Both the position numbers and the translations under genes were made by a program. The notes under the pieces are model-generated. The model was not told the DNA's origin. It was given only the letters and a program-made list of their open reading frames with translations, and searched no databases. This document shows, in pieces, positions 8,546-17,932 of a stretch of 64,000 nucleotides of DNA. The first letter of the stretch is position 1; each line of letters starts with the position of its first letter. Source of the stretch: an uncultured Candidatus Actinomarina sp. (GTDB taxonomy: Bacteria > Actinomycetota > Acidimicrobiia > Actinomarinales > Actinomarinaceae); assembly GCA_902593795.1 (NCBI GenBank), contig CACJJR010000001.1, forward strand, positions 196,647 through 260,646. The letters are read 5' to 3'.

Positions 8546-10304
8546 ATGTTAACTCTACGACGCCTTCTGGTTCCAAGAACTCACCTTTTCTAGGTATTTG
8601 TTTTCTAACTATTCCGTTGGTCTCACCATTTACTGTTACAACTAAATTAAGTTCTTCAAGGACTTTAATAGCATCTTCATAATTCAATCCCTCAACCTCA
8701 GGAACTTCTATTTTTATACCAAGCGATACTATAACTTGTATTACTTGGTCTGGGGCTACAATCTCACCAACTTCAGGTAATGTTCCTGATACTAAACCTA
8801 TTTCAACATCTTCTGAGTACTCTTCTATTAATTCATACTCAAAACCAAGAGTTTCTAGTATTTGAATAGCATCTTCTGGAGATTTTCTGGAAAGATCACT
8901 GATTTTTATAAGACTAGGTCCTTTGGAAACAACTAAGTCAACTGTTGAACCGGGACTCATTTTTGTACCAGCAACAGGGTTTTGAGAAATTATGAAACCT
9001 CTTGGTATATTATCATCATTAACTTCAAGTAATTGTCCTAAGGCAAAACCACTCTCTTCAACAACATATATTGCCCTATCAGTCTCTATGTCTAAAACAT
9101 ATGGAATAGGAAATGCTTCAGGCCCCACAGAAACAATGATTGTTACTAATGAGTCAGGATTCACTATAGTATTTGATTGTGGTTGAGTTTGAATTACGGA
9201 TCCAGAAGGAACAGAAGAGTCGGCTGCATTCTCAATACCAACTTTAAAACCCAGATTTTGAAGATCTTCCAATGCCTGTGCTTGGTCACTTCCAGTAAGA
9301 TCCGGAATCTCTATTAAAGTTGGCGCACCTCCATCAACAGGAAGACCATCGAAAACTTGAGTTAGGGTCCAGACTGTCCCTATAACTACTCCTATTGACA
9401 TAAGAAGCGCTGGTAAAGTAAATCTTAATTTAATCTTTGGATTAGTGAGATCTACTAAGTTTTCTCTAGTTTGTTCAGACTGTAAAGATTTTCTTTGCTG
9501 AAGGAGAGTTGCACGCAGGTCTTCGGCAGATTTAAACCTATCGTAAGTTGCTTTCTCAAGCAGTTTCATAATTGCACTTTCGACACCTTTAGGTAGGTCT
9601 CTTCTAAAACTAGATGGTTTTTCTGGTCTCTCAGTTAAATGCTTAGTTGCAGTAGATATGGGAGTATCTCCTGCAAATGGGGGTTTTCCAGATATGAGTT
9701 CGTAGAGGACTGTTCCTAATGAGTAAAGATCAGACTCTATAGAAACAGGTTTGCCTTGTGCTTGCTCAGGAGAAATATAGCTTGCAGTCCCCAGAATAGA
9801 ACCAGTTTTTGTAATATCACTTTCTTCATTTTGTAGTGAAACAATACCAAAATCTGTTACCTTCACCTTTCCATCAGGGGTAATCATAATATTTCCTGGT
9901 TTGATATCTCTATGCACCAATCCTTTCTCATGCGCAGCATGCAAACCGCTAGATACCTGAGCACCAATAAACAAAATATCACTGAGGCTGATAGTTCTAT
10001 TTTTTGCAATTATAGAAGTTAAGGTATTTCCTTCTATATACTCCATAACAAAAAAAGGTTCGTCTTCAATTCCCCAGTCAAAAATTTGAACAATATTTGG
10101 ATGGTTTAAGTTAGCTGCAGTTTTAGCTTCTCTTTTAAATCTTTCTACAAATGTTTCTTGATTAACATAGTTCGGCTTCAATGTTTTGATTGCAACTAGT
10201 CTCTCAAGTTGGGTATCGCGTGCTTTATAAACAAAAGCCATACCACCCTCGCCTAAAATTTCGAGAATTTCGTATCTGTCTTTTACAATCTGTCCTATTT
10301 TCAT
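8535..10304 (-). CDS. pknB: Ser/Thr protein kinase with C-terminal PASTA repeats
   Basis: Hanks kinase motifs (VAIK, HRDIKPGN, DFG, SPEQ), single TM, 3-4 extracellular PASTA-like repeats. Confidence 0.85.
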   Translation of the reverse strand: MKIGQIVKDRYEILEILGEGGMAFVYKARDTQLERLVAIKTLKPNYVNQETFVERFKREAKTAANLNHPNIVQIFDWGIEDEPFFVMEYIEGNTLTSIIAKNRTISLSDILFIGAQVSSGLHAAHEKGLVHRDIKPGNIMITPDGKVKVTDFGIVSLQNEESDITKTGSILGTASYISPEQAQGKPVSIESDLYSLGTVLYELISGKPPFAGDTPISTATKHLTERPEKPSSFRRDLPKGVESAIMKLLEKATYDRFKSAEDLRATLLQQRKSLQSEQTRENLVDLTNPKIKLRFTLPALLMSIGVVIGTVWTLTQVFDGLPVDGGAPTLIEIPDLTGSDQAQALEDLQNLGFKVGIENAADSSVPSGSVIQTQPQSNTIVNPDSLVTIIVSVGPEAFPIPYVLDIETDRAIYVVEESGFALGQLLEVNDDNIPRGFIISQNPVAGTKMSPGSTVDLVVSKGPSLIKISDLSRKSPEDAIQILETLGFEYELIEEYSEDVEIGLVSGTLPEVGEIVAPDQVIQVIVSLGIKIEVPEVEGLNYEDAIKVLEELNLVVTVNGETNGIVRKQIPRKGEFLEPEGVVELTFGN

Positions 10305-10306
10305 AA

Positions 10307-10960
10307 TTAAACTATATTTATAATAACCGCAGTTACATTGTCTTTAGGCTCTTGAAGCAAGACCTCACTAACTAAAGTATCGGCACTAATCCCTTCCTGA
10401 AGTTTTTTCTTCATATATTCTTCACCTATTTCGTTATACAGCCCATCGGTACATAGTAAAATCACATCCCCTTTATTTAATTGAAGATCTTTTGTTTGAA
10501 TATTTAGTTTTTCTTTTGTACCCAAGGCTTGCAGTAATACATTTTGAAACCCAGGAACATTTTCATCTTCAGTTAGTTTAATTAATTGCCTTTTTGAAAG
10601 AACATAGCATCTCGAATCTCCAACATGAGCAACATGTAAAACACCTGATAGATCTATTTTTACTGCAGTCATGGTTGTGCCCATTCCCTCAGAGTCAGAA
10701 TTGTTATTCTGGTATTCATAAATTTTTTTATTAGCATTTTGTACATATGAAACTAAATCATTAAATTCTTCATTCATAACCGAAGATGCTATATCACTTG
10801 CTACTTCACCTTTTTTGTGTCCACCCATACCATCAAAAACACCTGCCTTAAATGGCAACATGCCACTCCCAGAAATATTTGGATATGCAGCATCCTCATT
10901 CTTTTTTCTTACAGGTCCACACTCACTTTTTACAGACCAAACAACTTTAAAATTATCCAC
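10307..10960 (-). CDS. PP2C-family Ser/Thr phosphatase (soluble, PstP-like catalytic domain)
   Basis: PP2C metal-binding Asp motifs (FDGMGGH, DGLYN); 3-nt gap to pknB. Confidence 0.75.
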   Translation of the reverse strand: MDNFKVVWSVKSECGPVRKKNEDAAYPNISGSGMLPFKAGVFDGMGGHKKGEVASDIASSVMNEEFNDLVSYVQNANKKIYEYQNNNSDSEGMGTTMTAVKIDLSGVLHVAHVGDSRCYVLSKRQLIKLTEDENVPGFQNVLLQALGTKEKLNIQTKDLQLNKGDVILLCTDGLYNEIGEEYMKKKLQEGISADTLVSEVLLQEPKDNVTAVIINIV

Positions 10961-11061
10961 TTATCAACAATCTTAGTTGTGAAATGTATTTGTTTTCTTA
11001 CACTTAATAAAGAAGTAGAATATCTCACGAGAAGTAAATTCTTTGAAAAGTTGGTAATTAA

Positions 11062-12042
11062 ATGAGAAATATTTTTAGATATATTTTGTTAGTAATAGTC
11101 ATTTCAATTATGTCTACTGGTCTATTTCAATACTATCAAAATTTTGATGAAGCTAGATCTTATAACAACTTTTTAGATAGTGCAGGATTAATATCTTCAC
11201 TTCACTATGAAGCTTCAGATGAATTTAAAAAAATTCTTGATTTTTCTGAAATTAGCCGAGAAGAGTTTGAAGATAAGATAAATAAAGTAGTTTCAAATTC
11301 TAAAGAGGCTTATGAAATAATTAACAATACAGAATCTTCACTGACTCTGAAGGAAAAAGAATTACTTTCTCTAGCTACTATGTATTGGCTACAAGGCTTA
11401 GAGTTATTTGAAGTATCTATTATTACACTCATTGACAATCCAGATTCAGCAAAAATTCAAAATTCTATTGCTCAAAGTATTTCTGACATGTCTATAGGAG
11501 ATAGATCTTATTCTGAGTTTTTATTTTTAATTAAGCAGAATGCTTTGAATGAGGGTACATTCCTACCAGTGCTTTATGATATTGAATATGTCGGACTGGA
11601 AGATAATTCATTTAGATTTGCAGATTTACTAGTCGAGAAGGCAAAATCTAGTACTGGAGGCTTATTCCTTCGTAGAAACATAGCTATTTCTGGGGCTGAA
11701 TTTAAACCTATTCCAATTGCAATTACTGAAGATGATTATTCAGTACTGTTAAATGAAAAAATAGAGTTACAAATCGTTCTTACAAACGAAGGTAATGTTG
11801 ATGCTTACGATGTTGTGATTTTAATACTTATAACTGATGAGTATGGTGAAACTGTTTATGAACAACAATCTAAAATTGACTCAATTGGACCTCAAGAAAG
11901 CAGAATATTCTATAGTGATGCAATTAATATAGAACCAGGTGTTTTACATGAGTGGTTTATAAAATTAGAAGAAGTAGAAAAAGAGGAAGACTTGAATGAT
12001 AACTTATTTAGCGTATTTGGGTTCATTCCTCCTGAAGGATAG
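11062..12042 (+). CDS. hypothetical membrane-anchored protein
   Basis: N-terminal TM then ~300 aa soluble region; 4-nt gap to serS (co-transcribed). Confidence 0.35.
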   Translation: MRNIFRYILLVIVISIMSTGLFQYYQNFDEARSYNNFLDSAGLISSLHYEASDEFKKILDFSEISREEFEDKINKVVSNSKEAYEIINNTESSLTLKEKELLSLATMYWLQGLELFEVSIITLIDNPDSAKIQNSIAQSISDMSIGDRSYSEFLFLIKQNALNEGTFLPVLYDIEYVGLEDNSFRFADLLVEKAKSSTGGLFLRRNIAISGAEFKPIPIAITEDDYSVLLNEKIELQIVLTNEGNVDAYDVVILILITDEYGETVYEQQSKIDSIGPQESRIFYSDAINIEPGVLHEWFIKLEEVEKEEDLNDNLFSVFGFIPPEG

Positions 12043-12045
12043 AAA

Positions 12046-13299
12046 ATGCTAGACCCTGCATTATTAAAAAATGATTTAGAAACTCTTAAATTAAATATTT
12101 CAAGAAGAAACTTAAATGTAGATATTGACTTTTTAATAAATCTAAATGAAGAAAGAAAAAAACTTAGATTTGAAGCTGAACAAAAGCGTTCTGAACAAAA
12201 AGAGATTGGGAAAGAAATTGCAACCGCTGATGATAAAAGTAAAGAAGGCCTATTAAGTCAGGCATCAAGTATAAGTAATGAAGTCAAAGCTTTATTTGAG
12301 AAAGTTGACCAAAAGGATGAAGAATTTTTTAATAATTGGGTTAAAATTCCAAATATTATTTCAGAAACATCTCCAGACGGAAAATCCGACAGTGATAATT
12401 TAGAAATTAAAAAAATTGGCAATATTAAGGAAATGAAAAATCCGAGAGATCATTTAGAAATTGCATCAAAATTAAACCTTATAGATGTAGAAAAGGCTTC
12501 TGAGGTATCAGGTTCTAGATTTGCATATTTATTTGGAGATTTAGTCAAAATTGAATTCAATCTTGTTTCGTGGGCTTTAAATAAGCTATCAGACAAAGGT
12601 TTTACTCCAACTGTCCCACCTGTATTGGTTCGAGAAAATGCGCTATATGGAACAGGTTTTTTTCCTGATGATGCCGAACAAGTATATGAAATTCCTAATG
12701 ATGATTTATTCCTTGTAGGCACTTCAGAAGTGCCTTTGGCTGCACTACATACAAATGAGATATTAAATATAAAAAATTTACCACTCAGATATGCAGGATT
12801 CTCTACATGTTTCAGGAGGGAAGCTGGCACATATGGAAAAGACACAACGGGTATCTTTAGAGTTCATCAGTTTGATAAAGTTGAGATGTTCTCCTTTTGT
12901 GACCCTGTAAAGTCTAAAGAAGAGCATGAGTTTATCCTTTCTGTAGAAGAAGAATTATTGCAGGCTTTAGAAATTCCCTACAGAGTAGTAGACGTATGTG
13001 CTGGAGATTTGGGCGCATCTGCTGCGAAGAAGTTTGATATCGAAGCTTGGATTCCAAGTCAAAATACATACAGAGAAGTTACATCTTGTTCAAACACTAC
13101 AGACTATCAAGCAAGAAGGCTGAACATAAGGGCAAAAGATGAAGGTAGCACATCAGTTCTTCATACTTTAAACGGTACAGCAATTGCAGTTGGAAGGATA
13201 CTAATTGCACTCATTGAGAATAATCAAAATACAGACGGGTCAGTTGTATTTTCTGATAAGGTAGCTGAAATAATAGGGGTCGAGCAGTTAGGCAAGTAA
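12046..13299 (+). CDS. serS: seryl-tRNA synthetase
   Basis: N-terminal coiled-coil arm plus class II core motifs (FRRE, GLDTxxxF-like, GSALAVGRxLxA). Confidence 0.9.
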   Translation: MLDPALLKNDLETLKLNISRRNLNVDIDFLINLNEERKKLRFEAEQKRSEQKEIGKEIATADDKSKEGLLSQASSISNEVKALFEKVDQKDEEFFNNWVKIPNIISETSPDGKSDSDNLEIKKIGNIKEMKNPRDHLEIASKLNLIDVEKASEVSGSRFAYLFGDLVKIEFNLVSWALNKLSDKGFTPTVPPVLVRENALYGTGFFPDDAEQVYEIPNDDLFLVGTSEVPLAALHTNEILNIKNLPLRYAGFSTCFRREAGTYGKDTTGIFRVHQFDKVEMFSFCDPVKSKEEHEFILSVEEELLQALEIPYRVVDVCAGDLGASAAKKFDIEAWIPSQNTYREVTSCSNTTDYQARRLNIRAKDEGSTSVLHTLNGTAIAVGRILIALIENNQNTDGSVVFSDKVAEIIGVEQLGK

Positions 13300-13839
13300 C
13301 AAACTAGAGATCATACTTAAGGCAAGTAGTACATATACCAGCCTTTCTAATTTTGCATTTTTCAAGAGAAAGTTTTGCAATGCTTCACCTAAAAATAACC
13401 AGGTTATTACACACGGACCACCAACTAGTAAATAAATTAAATTTGCTTGCAAGTGAGGGATGTCAAAAGCCGTTAAGCCAGATACTGCCATTACAACACC
13501 CTTAGGATTTACCCATTGGAAAAGTGCTGCCTGAAAAAATGTAAAAGGCTTTTCAGAGCTATTAGTTTGTTTATCCGAAGTTTTTGTAAGTGCAATTTTA
13601 TATGCAATATAAGTAATTACAATATATCCAGCATATTGCAGATACTGAAAAACAACTTCAGGAATATAAGATAATAAATTTCCACCTAGAAAGAAAAGGA
13701 AATTAAACCCCAACCAAATTCCAAAAAAATGAGGAAGTGATTTTTTTCTTCCAAACCTTATTCCAGAGGCCATTAACATCGAATTATTTGGACCAGGAGT
13801 TATAGAGGTTACAAAAGCAAAAATTCCAAATTCAAACAT
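13288..13839 (-). CDS. LysE/RhtB-family amino-acid exporter
   Basis: ITPGPNN hallmark near N-terminus, ~6 TM, 183 aa. Confidence 0.7.
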   Translation of the reverse strand: MFEFGIFAFVTSITPGPNNSMLMASGIRFGRKKSLPHFFGIWLGFNFLFFLGGNLLSYIPEVVFQYLQYAGYIVITYIAYKIALTKTSDKQTNSSEKPFTFFQAALFQWVNPKGVVMAVSGLTAFDIPHLQANLIYLLVGGPCVITWLFLGEALQNFLLKNAKLERLVYVLLALSMISSLLLA

Positions 13840-13870
13840 TGTTATATATTAGATAGATAAATTATTAATG

Positions 13871-13959
13871 CGGAGGGGGTGGGATTTGAACTCAGGGAGT
13901 CTATAGAGACTCACGACATTTCGAGTGTCGCGCACTAGACCGGACTATGCGACCCCTCC
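13871..13959 (-). tRNA. tRNA-Ser (anticodon CGA)
   Basis: Reverse complement: GGAGGGG acceptor, anticodon loop CTCGAAA, long variable arm, TTCAAAT T-loop. Confidence 0.8.
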
Positions 13960-13979
13960 AGATGTGTATTATTAACATT

Positions 13980-14438
13980 ATGGATTATAAGACTGATGAA
14001 AAAAAGATGAAAGTTGCGCTTGAACAAGCAAATTTAGCTTTTGATAAAAACGAGGTACCTGTTGGCGCAGCAATATTTGATAGCAACAATAATTTGATTT
14101 GTGCAAATCATAATCGTAGAGAAGTTGATAATAACCCAACAGCTCATGCTGAAATACTCGTATTGCAAGAGGCAGCACAAATATTAGGTAGTTGGCGGCT
14201 TGAAAACACAACACTTGCAGTTACGTTGGAACCAGATGCGATGTGTGCTGGTGCAATAGTCATTGCAAGAATAAAGAAACTTATATACGGGGCAGCTAAT
14301 TTAAAAGCCGGTGCAGCATATTCACTTTACAATATTCCACAAGATGCTCGTCTTAACCACCATGTCGATATAAAAGATAATATTCTCTCCCATGAATCCG
14401 AAGCTATATTATCCTCTTTCTTTGACAGCAAGAGATAA
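13980..14438 (+). CDS. tadA: tRNA-specific adenosine-34 deaminase
   Basis: CDA-fold HAE zinc motif and (P-D-A-M-C-A-G-A) second motif; start moved to first ATG clear of the tRNA. Confidence 0.8.
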   Translation: MDYKTDEKKMKVALEQANLAFDKNEVPVGAAIFDSNNNLICANHNRREVDNNPTAHAEILVLQEAAQILGSWRLENTTLAVTLEPDAMCAGAIVIARIKKLIYGAANLKAGAAYSLYNIPQDARLNHHVDIKDNILSHESEAILSSFFDSKR

Positions 14439-14464
14439 CTAAAATAGAATCTCAGGTTTTTTTC

Positions 14465-14553
14465 GGAGGGATCGCATAGTCTGGCCTAGTGCGCACGCTT
14501 GGAAAGCGTGTAAGGGTTTATCCCCTTCGAGGGTTCGAATCCCTCTCCCTCCG
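14465..14553 (+). tRNA. tRNA-Ser (anticodon GGA)
   Basis: GGAGGGA acceptor, anticodon loop TTGGAAA, long variable arm, GAGGG/CCCTC T-stem. Confidence 0.85.
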
Positions 14554-14574
14554 CAAAAAAAAAAGAAGACATCT

Positions 14575-14660
14575 GGAGGGATGGCCGAGCGGACGAAGGC
14601 GATAGTCTTGAAAACTATTGTATGTATTCCATACCGTGGGTTCGAATCCCACTCCCTCCG
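14575..14660 (+). tRNA. tRNA-Ser (anticodon TGA)
   Basis: GGAGGGA acceptor, anticodon loop CTTGAAA, long variable arm. Confidence 0.85.
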
Positions 14661-14667
14661 CTGACTT

Positions 14668-14757
14668 GGAGAGGTGACTGAGTGGCCTAAAGTGCTCGCC
14701 TGCTAAGCGAGTGGGGAAGAAATTCCCTCGAGGGTTCGAATCCCTCCCTCTCCGCCA
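14668..14757 (+). tRNA. tRNA-Ser (anticodon GCT)
   Basis: GGAGAGG acceptor, anticodon loop CTGCTAA, long variable arm, CCA encoded. Confidence 0.85.
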
Positions 14758-14758
14758 T

Positions 14759-14832
14759 GCGCCTGTAGCTTAACTGGATAGAGCATCTGATTACGGATCA
14801 GAAGGTTGGGGGTTCGACTCCCTCCAGGCGTG
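14759..14832 (+). tRNA. tRNA-Arg (anticodon ACG)
   Basis: GCGCCTG acceptor, anticodon loop TTACGGA, 5-nt variable loop; begins 1 nt after the previous tRNA. Confidence 0.85.
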
Positions 14833-14843
14833 CTTATAATCTT

Positions 14844-15503
14844 TTAATAATTCCAAAGAGGTTCAGTCAAATTCCAATCTGGTGACTCACCCCATTTGTT
14901 AAGATATGTAACTTCTTCCACTGGCTTTCGTGCTGCAACTCCCCACTTACCAAGAGGATATCCGGCAGTAATAGTTGCATTTAACGTCCAACCTTTGTCG
15001 CTTGGTACATTAAGAACTTTATAAACATCCTCTGTTTTAAAGTTCATAACTGTAGTTAAGCAAGTGCCAACCCCATGACCTCTAGCGGCAAGCATTAGGT
15101 TCCATATTGCAGGATAGATTGATGATCCAGTTGGATCATTTCTAGAAAAAGCTAAAACCAATAAGGGTACTTTGTGGTAATTTTCTGCCAGCCAACTTGC
15201 GGAGTTGCTAATTCTTTTTACCGTTTCAATTTCATCTTTATTTTTTAAGCTTGATGCACCAAGGTCTTCCGAATCATTGTAAAAAGATTTAACATAATAA
15301 TCCCAAGTTTCACGATATATATCAGCGAGTTCTTCTCTAGTCTTCTTATCAGTAACTACAAGAAATTTCCAATCTTGTCGGTTTGAACCACTAGGAGCAC
15401 GAATTGCAGAATCCATTATTGATTTTATAACATCATCAGGAATTGAATCTTCTTTTACCCGCCTCATTGCTCTTGTCGTATAAAGAGCTTCAAATACATC
15501 CAT
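14844..15503 (-). CDS. nitroreductase-family oxidoreductase
   Basis: SNRQDW..FLVV and nitroreductase fold pattern; 219 aa. Confidence 0.7.
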   Translation of the reverse strand: MDVFEALYTTRAMRRVKEDSIPDDVIKSIMDSAIRAPSGSNRQDWKFLVVTDKKTREELADIYRETWDYYVKSFYNDSEDLGASSLKNKDEIETVKRISNSASWLAENYHKVPLLVLAFSRNDPTGSSIYPAIWNLMLAARGHGVGTCLTTVMNFKTEDVYKVLNVPSDKGWTLNATITAGYPLGKWGVAARKPVEEVTYLNKWGESPDWNLTEPLWNY

Positions 15504-15529
15504 AAAAATATTTTACTAAGATAATTTGT

Positions 15530-16339
15530 ATGGTTGATAAGTTAATAAAAGAAATTAAGAATGATGTTGCATATATTTGGATTAATAGACCTGATAAAAA
15601 AAATGCTTTAGATTTTGATGTTTGGTTCGGAATACCTGACTTAATAGATGAAATAGTCGAAAAAGATGAGGCAAAGTGTATTTTACTTCTTGGCAAAGGC
15701 GATTCATTTTCTGCGGGTATAGATATTACTGTTTTAATGCAAGATATGAATTTAAATGAAAATTTATCTTCGACTGCCAGTGACAGAAGAGAGACGATGA
15801 AGCTCATATCAGATCTACAAAATGCATTTACAAGAATCGCTAAATCACCTATTCCAACAATTGCTTTAGCACATGGTTTTTGTATTGGAGGAGCTACAAG
15901 TATGATTTCAGCTTGCGATATCAGGCTCTCTACTCGTGATGCTACTTTTTCTATTGGCGAGACAAAATTAGGTCTAGTTGCAGACGTAGGGATTTTACAA
16001 AGAATGCCAAAAATTGTTTCAAAAGGGGACTTAAGAGAGTTAGCCTTTACCGGAAGAAAATTTAATGGAGAACATGCAGAAAAAATACGTTTTGTAAATA
16101 GTACCTATGACAGCGTAGAAGAATTATATAAAGCAGGACAAGACCTTGCTGAAGAAATTGCTTCAAACTCAAAGCATATAGTTCAAGGAACTAAGGAAAT
16201 TTTACATAAAGGAGAGGACCTAACTACAGATCAAGCTCTTGACCTTGTAAAACTTTGGAATACATCTTACCTAATTTCTGAAGACCTCAAAGAGGGAGTC
16301 ATTGCTTTCCTAGAAAAAAGAGATCCAGATTTTAGTTAA
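15530..16339 (+). CDS. enoyl-CoA hydratase/isomerase (crotonase) family protein
   Basis: Crotonase oxyanion-hole region (AGIDI...), FCIGGA motif. Confidence 0.75.
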   Translation: MVDKLIKEIKNDVAYIWINRPDKKNALDFDVWFGIPDLIDEIVEKDEAKCILLLGKGDSFSAGIDITVLMQDMNLNENLSSTASDRRETMKLISDLQNAFTRIAKSPIPTIALAHGFCIGGATSMISACDIRLSTRDATFSIGETKLGLVADVGILQRMPKIVSKGDLRELAFTGRKFNGEHAEKIRFVNSTYDSVEELYKAGQDLAEEIASNSKHIVQGTKEILHKGEDLTTDQALDLVKLWNTSYLISEDLKEGVIAFLEKRDPDFS

Positions 16340-17312
16340 TTTTTTCAAAGGTTGATATAGCAAACCTATCTGTCATTCCTGCAACATAGTCTACAGAGTT
16401 TGCAATATCACTCTGATCTTGAACATAATTTATTGGAAGTTTGTCTGGATTTTTTTCATAATAAATTACTAAAGCTTCTACAATTTTTTTTGCTTCAGCT
16501 CTTTGAGATATCGTCTCTTCACGAAGATATACTTTATCAAACATAAATTCTCTTAACTCATTCATAATCTCTAAGATTGTTTCGTCCATTTGCAAACTAC
16601 CACTCGAGGATGCTTTGAAGACCCCTGATATTAATGAGTTAATCCATGTCTTTCCTGGAGAACCAAGAACCGCAGTGATTCTTTTGGGTATATCTTCCTC
16701 TCTCAACACACTTGCTCTTATAGCATCTTCAACATCGTGCGATAGATAAGCAATCCTATCTGCAAAGCGACAAATCAAACCTTCTGGGGAGAAGGGAGGT
16801 TCTTCATATCTCCAAGGATGTTTTTCAATTCCGTTAATGGTTTCCTTTGTTAGATTAAGAGGTTCAATTATTGATAGCATCCTTACAGAATTTTCTGAGT
16901 GGCTCCATCCACCATCTAGTATTTCATTCAAAACTTCTTCACCAGTATGACCAAAAGGTGAATGGCCTACATCATGACCTAAACAAATTGCTTCAGTTAA
17001 ATCAGGGTTTAATCCTAGAGTTCTCGCAATAGATCTTCCAACTTGAGTTACATTTAAAGTATGTGTCATTCTAGTAATAAAATGATCACCATCTGGATTG
17101 ATAAAAACTTGTGTCTTATGTTTTAGCCTTCTGAATGTTTTAGAGTGGATGATTCTATCACGGTCTCTTTCAAAACATGTTCTGAAAACATCAGGTTCTT
17201 CGTTTACATTTCTTCCTAAAGAGTTAGAAGCAAAAGTTGCATTGTTAGATAAAGTAACACGTTCATTTTGTTCTCTCCAGAGCCTATCACGAAGGATAAA
17301 TGAATCGTTCAT
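16332..17312 (-). CDS. dGTP triphosphohydrolase-like HD-domain phosphohydrolase
   Basis: HSKTFRRL..K.QVF, H..D HD motif (GHDVGHSPFGH). Confidence 0.75.
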   Translation of the reverse strand: MNDSFILRDRLWREQNERVTLSNNATFASNSLGRNVNEEPDVFRTCFERDRDRIIHSKTFRRLKHKTQVFINPDGDHFITRMTHTLNVTQVGRSIARTLGLNPDLTEAICLGHDVGHSPFGHTGEEVLNEILDGGWSHSENSVRMLSIIEPLNLTKETINGIEKHPWRYEEPPFSPEGLICRFADRIAYLSHDVEDAIRASVLREEDIPKRITAVLGSPGKTWINSLISGVFKASSSGSLQMDETILEIMNELREFMFDKVYLREETISQRAEAKKIVEALVIYYEKNPDKLPINYVQDQSDIANSVDYVAGMTDRFAISTFEKIN

Positions 17313-17321
17313 ACAACTACT

Positions 17322-17900
17322 CTACAAGTTGTAACTTTCTAGTAAAGAATTTAATTCTAACCAATTATTGAGATCCTTTGTCCCTGCAATCGGTCTATTG
17401 TATGGGCGCACAAATCTTAGGATTAGCTTGTCAGGAACATTTTCAACAAAGCTCTTTAACTGGTGCGGTGCATCGTCGATATAAACATCACAATCAATTT
17501 TCCATTTGTCTTCTAAAAAATGAATTTCTTTGGAGGGAATTTTATTTTCACCAAGCCAAACAAGAGTATCATGAATTGACCACCATGGCTTTGACGATAT
17601 AATTACAACTTCATGGCCGGACTTAGAGACTTCATACAGGACCTCGACAGCATTATCATAAGTTTTTAAATTTCTAAATATTGACGAACCATTAAAATCT
17701 TTTGCCCAATTCCAAAAATCAATTTCCTCTTCAAAATGGGTAAGTGGTTTAGACAAACCCCATTCTGTAATATTTTCTTCTTTAATTTCCTTATTGAAGT
17801 CTATTTTGTACTGAGAGGTCCATCCTTCGGTAAAATCAGCAACAACACCGTCTAAATCTACACCAATTCTCATTTGACTTAGTCTAATTGTATGATGCAT
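17322..17900 (-). CDS. HAD-family 5'(3')-deoxyribonucleotidase-like
   Basis: DLDGVVADF (HAD motif I) at N-terminus, ~190 aa NT5C-like. Confidence 0.55.
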   Translation of the reverse strand: MHHTIRLSQMRIGVDLDGVVADFTEGWTSQYKIDFNKEIKEENITEWGLSKPLTHFEEEIDFWNWAKDFNGSSIFRNLKTYDNAVEVLYEVSKSGHEVVIISSKPWWSIHDTLVWLGENKIPSKEIHFLEDKWKIDCDVYIDDAPHQLKSFVENVPDKLILRFVRPYNRPIAGTKDLNNWLELNSLLESYNL

Positions 17901-17932
17901 TATGGAAAGTAAAGATAGTAAGATTTATTAAT

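Noticed and set aside
13947-13979. ORF-track start of tadA at 13947
   Set aside because: It overlaps the 5' end of the minus-strand tRNA-Ser(CGA). The in-frame ATG at 13980 gives a TadA-typical N-terminus.
14575-14660. tRNA with anticodon-loop CTTGAAA considered as possible tRNA-Sec, given the selenoproteins
   Set aside because: The anticodon is UGA (reads UCA, Ser), not UCA. Acceptor and T-stem lengths are the normal 7/5, so it is an ordinary tRNA-Ser.
17888-17932. ORF-track start of dnaX at 17888 (MYDALWKVKIVRF...)
   Set aside because: The extension is not DnaX-like and overlaps the divergent upstream gene. The internal ATG at 17933 precedes the conserved LYRKHRP start.
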